Source: a virus (Duplodnaviria > Caudoviricetes). Taken from it: DNA of 38,792 nt. The stretch covers positions 1-38,792 of the IMG/VR virus record IMGVR_UViG_3300037484_001631. One strand, given 5' to 3'. The translations under genes were made by a program, and so were the position numbers. Below the pieces are notes generated by a model that saw only the letters and a program-made list of their open reading frames with translations, had not been told where the DNA came from and ran no database searches. Positions 1 through 8,519 of this stretch are shown here, in pieces; the first letter of the stretch is position 1, and the number at the start of each line of letters is the position of its first letter.

Positions 1-393
1 AGAATATAATGTTCTAGTTCCTCCCACTCCAGCTTCAGTGCTGTAACCGCCAGCCAGTCGTTTGGCAAGAGACAGATCCATTCTCGGAACCTTGTTTTGT
101 TCTCCCCCCAGAGACCCAGTAGGCGAACCGATTATATTTGCAAGCACACTTTTGGCATGATAGCTATTAACAATAGCAGAATATTCTAGAACAGACTGCT
201 CCAACGAGGAATAAACATCTTTATTTGTAATCTCCACAGCAAGAACATTGCCACCAAACAAAGAGTATATCAGCCTCACCATACCGTCAGCTTCTTGCTG
301 AAAGCTGGTAACGCTATCATATATACCGAAAGGGGTCGGGCTAGTAACTGTACTAAAAGACGCAGTAAGATCTAAGGTAATATTGTCGGACAT
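1..393 (-). CDS. 5' part of probable neck/head-tail adaptor protein (T4 gp13-like); runs off the window
   Basis: Not in the ORF track. Manual translation from ATG at 393 is open to base 1: MSDNITLDLTASFSTVTSPTPFGIYD...LFGGNVLAVEITNKDVYSSLEQSVLEYSAIVNSY. GGGGA RBS upstream. The function call rests on recalled similarity and the position downstream of the capsid gene. Confidence 0.6.
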   Translation of the reverse strand, partial: MSDNITLDLTASFSTVTSPTPFGIYDSVTSFQQEADGMVRLIYSLFGGNVLAVEITNKDVYSSLEQSVLEYSAIVNSYHAKSVLANIIGSPTGSLGGEQNKVPRMDLSLAKRLAGGYSTEAGVGGTRTLYS

Positions 394-419
394 TTATAAG
401 ATCCCCATTACGTTTCTGA

Positions 420-1394
420 TTAATCCTTTCTTACTTTTCTTAATCCCTGAAATGGGATGAATACGTATTTTTCACCGTTCTTTTCTAGATTATACCAAGA
501 ACCTGTCTTATTTAGGACTTTGTATCCTCCCCCAGCTTTACCTATATTTACAACATCTCCCACTTTCCATTTAGGATCTTTATATTGTTCTTCTGGCGAA
601 AGTTTTGATTTCACAAGAGAAGAAAAACTAGGCATAGGCAGAGACTGCGAAGTCGAAGGTATTGTCGGCTCTGTTTTTGCGGGAGTACGCACCGCGGTCG
701 ATGATGGGCTAGTGGAACGTTCAGGAGCTGCGGCGGTCGCAGCTGGACGCTCTTTGGCGGCGAGCTTTGGCATGTCTATTTCCTTGCTCTTCTTCTGTCT
801 AATAGTTTTAACATCTTTAGGAGATGCCATCGGGATGTCTTCTTCTCCCGCTTTAACAGCGGGTTTCCCTCCAGGTACAATCGATAATTTTGGTGGAGTC
901 CTAGATGGAACAGGAGGAGGAGACACGGTTGGCTCCTTTTTTGTCACAGGGCCGCCGAGGGGCGGCGGTAAACCATATTTTTTCCACACTGGATCTGTTT
1001 CTTTCGCTGCTAACTGAGAAAGCGAAGGCAATCCTTCAGGCGGAGGGGAGAATTTGGGTTGGCCTGGAGTAGAGAGCGGCGGGGGCTGGCCCGCTTTATC
1101 CTTTGTCTGTCCTTGTTGTCGAGCAAGTTTGGCGGGGTCGAATTTTGTTACATAATGTTTACGCAAGACCATATCTAGATCTTCAATATTGACAGGAGAT
1201 TTTTTGCCAAGAAAAATGGCAGCCTGAGTAAGGAAATCCACTCTTGCGGCAGGATCTTTAACTTTGTCGAGATACTTGTTCAATGTTTTATTTATATCTG
1301 CAGCGTTGATCGCTTCCTTCACTTCCTCTTTAAACTCCCTCAACACGGCGGTCGACTGCATCCCATCGCGCACTATTTCTCTTAATGATCGCAT
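420..1394 (-). CDS. Hypothetical protein with Pro/Thr-rich disordered middle and C-terminal SH3/KOW-like domain
   Basis: 324-aa ORF packed between its neighbours; PPP-rich linker; C-terminus WKVGDVVNIG..YKVL....WYNL. Confidence 0.75.
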   Translation of the reverse strand: MRSLREIVRDGMQSTAVLREFKEEVKEAINAADINKTLNKYLDKVKDPAARVDFLTQAAIFLGKKSPVNIEDLDMVLRKHYVTKFDPAKLARQQGQTKDKAGQPPPLSTPGQPKFSPPPEGLPSLSQLAAKETDPVWKKYGLPPPLGGPVTKKEPTVSPPPVPSRTPPKLSIVPGGKPAVKAGEEDIPMASPKDVKTIRQKKSKEIDMPKLAAKERPAATAAAPERSTSPSSTAVRTPAKTEPTIPSTSQSLPMPSFSSLVKSKLSPEEQYKDPKWKVGDVVNIGKAGGGYKVLNKTGSWYNLEKNGEKYVFIPFQGLRKVRKD

Positions 1395-1397
1395 TGA

Positions 1398-1631
1398 TTA
1401 TTGTTTCTCCTGGTGAATCTTAGCTAGATTTGTATAATATTTTGGATCCTCTGTAAGGTGATCCATTGTGATTTCTAGCGCTATAGCTATATCGTCTGTG
1501 TGCTCAAGCTCTACCTTAATGCCAGCTAGCAATTCTTTCTGATCAAAATCAGAAGGATCTCTGCCGTCACCTTTGCCTCCAGCAATCTTTTCGCTGTACT
1601 CCTTTAGGAATATTTTCAGTAAACTTTTCAT
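1398..1631 (-). CDS. DUF5661-like small phage protein
   Basis: Motif FDQKELLAGIKVELEHT-D...ALEITMDHLTEDPKYYTNL. Confidence 0.7.
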   Translation of the reverse strand: MKSLLKIFLKEYSEKIAGGKGDGRDPSDFDQKELLAGIKVELEHTDDIAIALEITMDHLTEDPKYYTNLAKIHQEKQ

Positions 1632-1637
1632 TTTTAT

Positions 1638-2009
1638 TTATTGTGGCCAAAAACAAGCGCCCGCGGTAGACCCTATGTTAAGAATCAAAAAGAACCAAAG
1701 CCACGATGAATCAATAGACACTCCGTGATCACGTAAAACTTCTCCGAGGGCGACAATACACCAAGTGGAAAATATAAGCAATGCGATACCAAATTTCGAA
1801 GATACTAATTCACCACTTTTTATTGGCCCGAAAAAATGACCGAACAATACAGCCCAAGCCCACGGGATAAGAAGTGTTTTCTTTCCCCATATTTTCATTC
1901 TGCTACCAAGTGTGCCAAGTGTGCCAATTCCGTGGGGTATATTATTTGTAGCAACATAAATATCATAAATTACCAGACCCAAAATTGTAACAACGGTAAT
2001 AAGAAGCAT
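1638..2009 (-). CDS. Hypothetical integral membrane protein (about 4 TM segments)
   Basis: 123 aa, four hydrophobic stretches, GAGG RBS upstream. Confidence 0.7.
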   Translation of the reverse strand: MLLITVVTILGLVIYDIYVATNNIPHGIGTLGTLGSRMKIWGKKTLLIPWAWAVLFGHFFGPIKSGELVSSKFGIALLIFSTWCIVALGEVLRDHGVSIDSSWLWFFLILNIGSTAGACFWPQ

Positions 2010-2096
2010 AACAAAAACCTCTACATAATTATCCTTTCTGAGAAATCAACGACCATGATATAATAAATATCCTTTTTATTTTGAATCAACAAAATA

Positions 2097-2120
2097 AAAA
2101 GCCGCCAAAGGGCGGCTTTT
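2097..2120. terminator. Rho-independent terminator, potentially bidirectional
   Basis: aaaagccgcc-aaag-ggcggctttt perfect stem with A/T tracts on both sides, about 30 nt after the stop of 2148..2597. Confidence 0.85.
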
Positions 2121-2147
2121 ATTAGGCACTAAATAAATACAAATACT

Positions 2148-2597
2148 TTATACGCCAAGAGAGGCAGAATAGAAACCTACGATCCTCCAACTTACACCAT
2201 CACTCATAACAGTAGCAGATTCACCTTCGCTGTTTAGAACTAAGATTGCAGCACCTTCAATTTCGTCAGTACCCGAGCCAGAAAGAACAACGCTGTTTGC
2301 ACTAACATCAACCTTCTTTACAGTATAGGAGCAACCAACGTTAGTAGCAGCGTCAGGGAGGACAACCCCAAAATTAGCTGAAGTAGCATCGGCAATAACA
2401 AAATGTTGGCTCTGTTCTAGTGTGGTCTGAGCGACGGATGCGCTTAAAACTACAGTAGAAATTGTAGCAGAGTGAATGGGAACGGTGGGAACAATTTCAT
2501 TTGCACTGACATTCAACTTTGAGCTATTATCAATAACAACCTTATATGTATTCGATTCCAACTTAATATGATCTTCTGAACCTACGCCACGTGCCAT
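2148..2597 (-). CDS. Putative virion structural protein (beta-rich module common in phage fibre/decoration proteins)
   Basis: DATSANFGVVLPDAA...YTVKKVDVSANSVVLSGSGTDEIEG...SDGVSWRIV pattern; GGGGGA RBS. Confidence 0.65.
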   Translation of the reverse strand: MARGVGSEDHIKLESNTYKVVIDNSSKLNVSANEIVPTVPIHSATISTVVLSASVAQTTLEQSQHFVIADATSANFGVVLPDAATNVGCSYTVKKVDVSANSVVLSGSGTDEIEGAAILVLNSEGESATVMSDGVSWRIVGFYSASLGV

Positions 2598-2683
2598 TTA
2601 TAATTTCCCCCAAAAATAACAAAAATAAAATTTGCTACATCATTAAATAGGAAATATTTTTGGGTGGGAGCAAAAAATAAATA

Positions 2684-3874
2684 TTACCCTTTAATACAAA
2701 TTAGCTGACGGAGCTTTGCTACAGGTTCAACCAAGTCGGAAGATCTATTCATAACATCATTTATATCTTTATATGAATAACAAATTTCATCCAATACGCC
2801 ATTATCGTTACGCGCAATGATTCCAGCCAGGGTATCTTCAAGTTCTTCGCTGGTAAATTTCTTCTTGGCTTGTGTGCGCGACATAATCCTTCCTGCACCG
2901 TGCGGAGCAGAGCGAAGAGCCAAAGAGTTACCGAGACCACGAACAATATAACTGTCACGACCCATGGCGCCTGGGATGATGCCCAGCTGTCCTTCCGCGG
3001 CCTCAATTGCTCCCTTTCGTATAACGATCACTGGAGAGTCTGAGATTTCTTCATGTTTTTCTGCCTCTGCAAAGTTGTGATGACAAGAAATAATTTGATC
3101 ATTTCCTGAAAACTTTTGATCATTTACCGCCCTAAAAACCATTGCCATCATAACAGACCTATTATTGCGAGCATAGCGTTGGGCCCACTGCATCGATTGC
3201 CAATATTCTTCAAAAAGACCATCGCCTTTAGTAAAATACGCTAGATCTTTATCGGGCAATCCATTCGGCATCTGTTTCTTTGCCAACTTTATATAATAAT
3301 CAGCAATTTTATACCCTACGTTTCGCGAACCAGAATGGAGAAGCAACCAAATACAATCATCAGCATCATAGGAAACCTCTATAAAGTGGTTACCACCACC
3401 AAGAGTACCTATTTGACATTCAACCTTAGACTTATCTTCTGCGGCGCGTATAGCCTTCGGGATCTCCTGATCGTATTTGTCCATGGAATCCGCATACTCT
3501 TCGTAAATTGAACGTCCTTTCGCATCCTTGTGCCAGTTAAACCCAACTGGCACTGAACGAAGGATCTGCTTATAGGTTGCCTGCAGCTGGCCCTGGGATA
3601 GGTCTGCGCGCTTTAAGTGGGTTTTGATCGCGGTCATACCACAACCAATATCAACTCCCGTTAAAGATGGCGCTACTGCATCCTGCATAGCGATGACCGA
3701 GCCTATACATGCCCCTACACCAAGATGTACGTCAGGCATAATGGATACCGCAACAGTAGGTGCAAGACTTGCCACGTTGCGGATCTGCGTTAATGCCCCA
3801 CTGTCTACTCCTTCAATATCGGTCCACAAATTTGCAGATACCTGGGTGCCCTTTATTTCCCCAAAAATTGGCAT
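2684..3874 (-). CDS. rtcB: RtcB family RNA 2',3'-cyclic phosphate/5'-OH ligase
   Basis: Motifs MPDVH.G.G..IG, GVDIGCGM, GTLGGGNHFIE, HSGSR, HHN, RKGA, IIPG.MG, HGAGR and C-terminal IKG. Confidence 0.97.
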   Translation of the reverse strand: MPIFGEIKGTQVSANLWTDIEGVDSGALTQIRNVASLAPTVAVSIMPDVHLGVGACIGSVIAMQDAVAPSLTGVDIGCGMTAIKTHLKRADLSQGQLQATYKQILRSVPVGFNWHKDAKGRSIYEEYADSMDKYDQEIPKAIRAAEDKSKVECQIGTLGGGNHFIEVSYDADDCIWLLLHSGSRNVGYKIADYYIKLAKKQMPNGLPDKDLAYFTKGDGLFEEYWQSMQWAQRYARNNRSVMMAMVFRAVNDQKFSGNDQIISCHHNFAEAEKHEEISDSPVIVIRKGAIEAAEGQLGIIPGAMGRDSYIVRGLGNSLALRSAPHGAGRIMSRTQAKKKFTSEELEDTLAGIIARNDNGVLDEICYSYKDINDVMNRSSDLVEPVAKLRQLICIKG

Positions 3875-3912
3875 AATTTTTTTCCTTTCTATTTTGTCCG
3901 TGCGGCATACCT

Positions 3913-3941
3913 ACAATATCACCGTGTCACAAAAATGTCAA
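3913..3941 (-). promoter_or_regulatory. sigma70-type promoter for rtcB
   Basis: Minus strand TTGACA-17 nt-TATTGT with extended TGn; the -35 box overlaps the TGA stop of the upstream gene. Confidence 0.75.
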
Positions 3942-5527
3942 GACATTTTCATCTCCCAACGGTAATTTCCTGCACCGTAAATTTTATATACATTGTTTTC
4001 TTTTGCTATTTCTTTTTCCGTTTGCCCGTCTTTGGCCCTAAATTTAAAGCGGTTAAACCTATTAACATTATCTGTATAAAAATAGTCTACGACGGTAGGA
4101 CCGATAAATTCAAACCCAGCCTTCCTGTATGCCTCACCATGAGAATACCTGCAATCTGAATACGTTAACAACACTTCATAGTTATTGACCGCAGCCCAGC
4201 CAACACACCTCTTTAGCAGTCGTTGAAACCCACCAACCACAGACGTATTTACCTTGCTTACCGATCTGGCTATTTCTATAACCCGTTTTGGGCCGCTTAT
4301 AAAAGGGCGGCGCAATGAAATGCACTGCTGGATGACACCTAATTCGTCAATCAGGGCAAAAGCTTTAATATGCCTGCAATTTCCCTGCAGGTGGTTTAAG
4401 GAGAAGCACTCACCAAAAAGCTTCTTATTCTCGCTGGAAGATTCCACGACCGTAAGTTTTCTGGCGTGTATTCTGTCTTCAAGCACTCCCAATTTTGCCT
4501 TTATAATAGATTTGCAAATGTTCTGCTTATCTCGCCACTCATCCTCAAAAAATTGCAAAAGTTGAATCCCTTTTTCTTTGCACAAAAGAAATTTTTCTAA
4601 GTGATCTCTTTTGTTTTTTTGCTGTTCGGAATGCCAGTAGAGCCCGTGATATTCAATGGCGAGGGCCTTTTCTGGGATGTGGATGTCCAACTCAAATGGA
4701 TATAAAGTTTTTCTATCATTTAGAATAGCCGCAGGAAAATATTGTTTTACAAAATCATAAATTTCTTGCTCTGCTCTGGATACGCCTATGAGCTTGCATT
4801 TCGGGCATTGGTTATCGTCTCTGGCCTTGGAACCGTAATGCACCTGAGTCTTAAACTCGCAGGAATGAGTACGGCACCTAAATGGTAAAATTTGTCTAGC
4901 AGATATATATTCTGCGCTAGAAAACAAAGGAATATAGTTCTTCTTCGCACAATGCTCGTTGATTTCCTGGTAAGAAAGTTTGTTTTTTTCGGAAAACTCA
5001 TCCTTAAACTGTCGTGTTTGTGCGTAATGTTCAACTCCGTATTTTTCTTTTATCTTCTTGCGAACTCTATCCAAAATATCCTGATTTTGGTATGGATGTC
5101 TAACTCCGTAACGTTGCAGATTGGTTTGCATGCGTTTTTCTTTTACTGCGTCTAGCTTCGCGGCATTATCAACACCAAATTTCTTTTGTACCGCTTCTTT
5201 AATTTTTTGCGTATTGCGAAATGGATTATCTATACCATATCTCCCCACACAGGTTTTCTTATATTTGTCTTTATATTCTTGGGTTTGGGAGTGATGTTTT
5301 ACTCCAATTTTGGATAAATTATTTTCTTCCTGCTTTCGCAGACGACAATCGTTGTTGCCACAGGAATCTTTTTTGACATATTTTCGTGCAGTGACCCATT
5401 TAAAATACTTTTTTGTCAGACGGGCGCCGCAATAGTCGCAAGAGCAAACACATTTCTTATTGCTCCCGTGGCTCAACAATGAAGGATCGTAACCATATTC
5501 TTTAACGGTGTCTTGGATTAAAAGCAT
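3938..5527 (-). CDS. Hef-like free-standing endonuclease: Zn ribbon, KYG repeats, PD-(D/E)XK nuclease, C-terminal Mom/GNAT-like domain
   Basis: CDYC and CPKC Cys pairs; RYGV/KYGV repeats; ELDIHIPEKALAIEYHGLYWHSE; HLQG...EIAR...VVGGFQRLL...TYSDCRYSHGEAYRKAGF. Paralog of 28345..30006. Confidence 0.75.
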   Translation of the reverse strand: MLLIQDTVKEYGYDPSLLSHGSNKKCVCSCDYCGARLTKKYFKWVTARKYVKKDSCGNNDCRLRKQEENNLSKIGVKHHSQTQEYKDKYKKTCVGRYGIDNPFRNTQKIKEAVQKKFGVDNAAKLDAVKEKRMQTNLQRYGVRHPYQNQDILDRVRKKIKEKYGVEHYAQTRQFKDEFSEKNKLSYQEINEHCAKKNYIPLFSSAEYISARQILPFRCRTHSCEFKTQVHYGSKARDDNQCPKCKLIGVSRAEQEIYDFVKQYFPAAILNDRKTLYPFELDIHIPEKALAIEYHGLYWHSEQQKNKRDHLEKFLLCKEKGIQLLQFFEDEWRDKQNICKSIIKAKLGVLEDRIHARKLTVVESSSENKKLFGECFSLNHLQGNCRHIKAFALIDELGVIQQCISLRRPFISGPKRVIEIARSVSKVNTSVVGGFQRLLKRCVGWAAVNNYEVLLTYSDCRYSHGEAYRKAGFEFIGPTVVDYFYTDNVNRFNRFKFRAKDGQTEKEIAKENNVYKIYGAGNYRWEMKMS

Positions 5528-5545
5528 TTAACACTCCCCATCGAG

Positions 5546-5574
5546 AGCATAACTCCTTTTTGCGGGGTTGTCAA
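5546..5574 (-). promoter_or_regulatory. sigma70-type promoter for the endonuclease gene
   Basis: Minus strand TTGACA-17 nt-TATGCT immediately after the capsid terminator, followed by GGGGAG RBS and ATG 5527. Confidence 0.75.
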
Positions 5575-5577
5575 CAG

Positions 5578-5604
5578 AAAAAAGAAGGGGGCGTAGCCCC
5601 CTTC
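5578..5604 (-). terminator. Rho-independent terminator after the major capsid gene
   Basis: Minus strand GAAGGGGGC-TAC-GCCCCCTTC followed by TTTTTT. Confidence 0.9.
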
Positions 5605-5630
5605 CGAAGAGTTATTTCTTCAAGAAACCC

Positions 5631-7271
5631 TTAGATTACGTCCATGTTCAGAACTACTACTTTTCCGTAGAAGTCACTTCTGATCATTTTCTTGGCATAT
5701 CTTGTCATGACGCCCTTTCTCGGGGTGAAGTCGTCAGGTGCAAAGATAGTAGGAGTTACGATAAGAGGAACGTACGGAGCATAAACGAACCCAGTTTCCA
5801 GGTAGCTGCTACCCTTGTATCCCACAAGAATGTGGTTACGCGGGAAATAGGGATCCTTGTACACTACGAAACGGTTGTTCAAGCTACCAACCTTCTCGAT
5901 ACCAAGAGAGAACTGAGTCTCTTTGGGCTCAAGAGAGAGGGTAGGCTTGTAAAGCACCGTAGCTTCAAGCATGGTAGCCACGTCAGGGCTGACCACCATG
6001 AAGTTAGCGGCGCCACGCAACGTCTTGCGGTGGATGGTATTCGCTACATCAATGCAGGTCTCAACCAAGGTCTCGTACCACTCACGAACCGTGCCAGTAA
6101 AGCTGGCGCCTGCGACATGAACACCAGTAAGCTTATTAACGAAATCGCCAGGCTTACGGCTCCAGTACATAGTGGCGGCGGTAGCGCCGTTCAAGAGTTG
6201 TGACAAGATTTCTCTGTCGATGTCAAGAGCGATCTGTTCAGAAAGGATCTGAGTCAACTCGACTTCGGCATCGAGGTTGTGATACGCGTTCAAATCCTGG
6301 GCCAATTCAGGAGTCCATTTTGCCTTAAGCTTGCGAGCTTCCGCAGTCACGGCAACGCTAGACACCTTGATGTCAATCTCAGGAATCATATCGGACGCAA
6401 AATCTGATTCAAATACAGGGCTGTGAACAACACCAGTACTATCAACTGTAAGGCCGCTCTTCTTAACATAAGAACCAGTAATGCCAACAGTGTGATCAAG
6501 CAGCGCTGAAGCTGAATAGATCAAACGAACAACGCCAGTGGTGGTGTTCAAAGTATTATGGCGTTTATATACGCCCTTAACGGCACCCCAAAGAGCATCC
6601 GAACCAGAAATGGTGAAGTTCTTGTAGTTGGTTTCGTCAAGATCCGAAAGCGTAACATCCGCTGACGAAGTAAACGCAACATCAACATACTGCAGGGCGC
6701 CAGCGTTTACGGCACCTGACAATTCGAAATCATAACCAACCATTGCCCAAGTAGCAGAGCCTGAACCCTGGACTTCGAGAGTAGCGGTAAGCTCACGATT
6801 TGAATATGAACTATTCATGTAATAGTGACCGCCAGTACCAAGGTTCTCTGAACCAGGCGCAGTTTGATCACCATAGATTGAACCACCAGCAGTCCAATCA
6901 AGTTTCTGATTTCCCCCCTTATTAGCATTGCTATAGGTGTAATCAAGATAGAACAACAGACCCGAAGGCAGACTCATTGGCTGTACCGAAACTAGCTCGT
7001 TAGCAATGAGGCCCCCGAATACGCGTCGAACAATTGGAAACGCAATATTTTGGAAACCCTTAATATCAGCGGTTTCGCTTGATTCTCTTAGCACTTCGGA
7101 CGCTTCATTTTCCAGAAGACGCGCCATGTTGCTCTTCGAATAACTATTTTTGGTATCGGCCAGGCCCCTTAGAAGACCAGTACGATCCCACTTTTCTACC
7201 AGCTTGCGGCCTTCGACTCGCATATCGCGAGACGTAATACCTGCTGACAAACTCTTAAAATCAAGTGACAT
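5631..7271 (-). CDS. gp23: Major capsid protein, T4 gp23-like
   Basis: Motifs LVEKW..TGLL, PIVRRVF..LIANELVSVQPMSLPSGLLFYL, RKLKAKWTPELAQDLNAYH.LDAE.EL, YAPYVPL, F.PRKGVMTRY. Confidence 0.97.
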   Translation of the reverse strand: MSLDFKSLSAGITSRDMRVEGRKLVEKWDRTGLLRGLADTKNSYSKSNMARLLENEASEVLRESSETADIKGFQNIAFPIVRRVFGGLIANELVSVQPMSLPSGLLFYLDYTYSNANKGGNQKLDWTAGGSIYGDQTAPGSENLGTGGHYYMNSSYSNRELTATLEVQGSGSATWAMVGYDFELSGAVNAGALQYVDVAFTSSADVTLSDLDETNYKNFTISGSDALWGAVKGVYKRHNTLNTTTGVVRLIYSASALLDHTVGITGSYVKKSGLTVDSTGVVHSPVFESDFASDMIPEIDIKVSSVAVTAEARKLKAKWTPELAQDLNAYHNLDAEVELTQILSEQIALDIDREILSQLLNGATAATMYWSRKPGDFVNKLTGVHVAGASFTGTVREWYETLVETCIDVANTIHRKTLRGAANFMVVSPDVATMLEATVLYKPTLSLEPKETQFSLGIEKVGSLNNRFVVYKDPYFPRNHILVGYKGSSYLETGFVYAPYVPLIVTPTIFAPDDFTPRKGVMTRYAKKMIRSDFYGKVVVLNMDVI

Positions 7272-7314
7272 TTTTTTAAATTCCTCTCTCTGTTTTATTT
7301 TTTAGAATTCCATA

Positions 7315-8430
7315 TTAAGTCAACAGACCAGCAAGCTCTTGCATGCGAGAATAACCATTATCCTCGTTAGCTTCCTTACTCATCGCTTCTTTCAAAATTG
7401 TTGAAGAAGGAGTAGTAAAACGTGAAGATTTAGGGCCCTTCACGGTTCTGGATCCTTGCTTTTTGACCTCGCTCATCAACACTCCAGCGATTTTAAGAGA
7501 CTCGCTAAGAGACTTATACACAAGCTCAACTTCGCGCATCGATTGAGCGCGGTCGAAAGCCTCGATTATACCAAGGCGCTGCTTGCTGTTGAGTTGCGAA
7601 CCATTAAGCAACTTATTAGCATATAACAAACGACTATTAAATAGGTTAACTTCTTGCAGATTTCTACGCAAAGTGCCTAAAGCGTTTTTGTATTCTTTGT
7701 TTTCATTTTGAAGGGTTTCATTTTGACGAGCAAGAGCTACAATCTTCTTGCGATAGGCGGCCTCCTTCACGGTCCAATCCTGCGAGGCGGGAGCTTCTTC
7801 GTCTTTCCAATGATGCTCGCCAGATTTTTCATCAGCAAGCCCACCATCATCGACATCGGCAGCATCTGCAAAGCCCTTAGAGACTTGAGCTTCAAGCTTA
7901 AGGTCCCCAAGAACCTCAGAGAGTGCGGCGCGTAGGTCGCTATTAGCAATCTCCACAACTTCTTCTTCTTCGCCGTTCTCATCTTCTTTCTTTTCGGCTT
8001 CATGCATACCCATACCCATTAGACTTTCCTCCATGTCTTCGTCATCTTCGTCTTTGCTTTCGTCTTCGTCTTCGTCTTCGTTCTGCTCGCTTTCACTCTC
8101 GCCTTCGTCTTCCTCGGCCTCGCCCTCAGAAACATAGCTCTCCATCCCGCTCATCCCTTCGTTATCAAGGAGGCCAAGTCTTTTGAGCAAATCCATCTCT
8201 TCGGCGGCGTCTTCTTTCTCTTCTTTCTCGTACATTCCCGCTTCAACTTGCGGAGACACCTGACCAGGACCACCCATACCGAGCGGGCCACCGCCGAGTT
8301 GTGATTCTACGAATTTCTTAATTTTTGGTGACATAGCTTCGACGAGAACATTCTTTGCGTTCTCGATGGCTGTTTGCTTGAGAAGTTTCGCATCTTCCAT
8401 AGCTTCTTCAAGGATATCTTTTCTTGCCAT
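7315..8430 (-). CDS. Prohead scaffolding/core protein (gp22-like role)
   Basis: Directly upstream of the capsid gene; highly acidic middle, coiled coil, C-terminal RMQELAGL; AGGAG RBS. Confidence 0.75.
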   Translation of the reverse strand: MARKDILEEAMEDAKLLKQTAIENAKNVLVEAMSPKIKKFVESQLGGGPLGMGGPGQVSPQVEAGMYEKEEKEDAAEEMDLLKRLGLLDNEGMSGMESYVSEGEAEEDEGESESEQNEDEDEDESKDEDDEDMEESLMGMGMHEAEKKEDENGEEEEVVEIANSDLRAALSEVLGDLKLEAQVSKGFADAADVDDGGLADEKSGEHHWKDEEAPASQDWTVKEAAYRKKIVALARQNETLQNENKEYKNALGTLRRNLQEVNLFNSRLLYANKLLNGSQLNSKQRLGIIEAFDRAQSMREVELVYKSLSESLKIAGVLMSEVKKQGSRTVKGPKSSRFTTPSSTILKEAMSKEANEDNGYSRMQELAGLLT

Positions 8431-8470
8431 ACTTTTTATTGTCTCCTATAGGTAAAAGTACTCTGATGTT

Positions 8471-8479
8471 TATAAATAT
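8471..8479 (-). promoter_or_regulatory. Candidate phage late promoter (ATATTTATA)
   Basis: TATTTA core about 45 nt upstream of the scaffold start; the same core recurs at 2064, 2644, 9286/9292, 16034 and 31907. Confidence 0.5.
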
Positions 8480-8519
8480 TATCTTTTTTTAGAAAAAGAA
8501 TAATTTGTATAAGATCTGT

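Noticed and set aside
3924-3941. Activating Pho box for rtcB
   Set aside because: It is reversed relative to the gene and a consensus -35 is already present; kept only as a low-interest operator candidate.
8035-8120. GTCTTC-type short tandem repeats
   Set aside because: They simply encode the Asp/Glu-rich tract of the scaffold protein.
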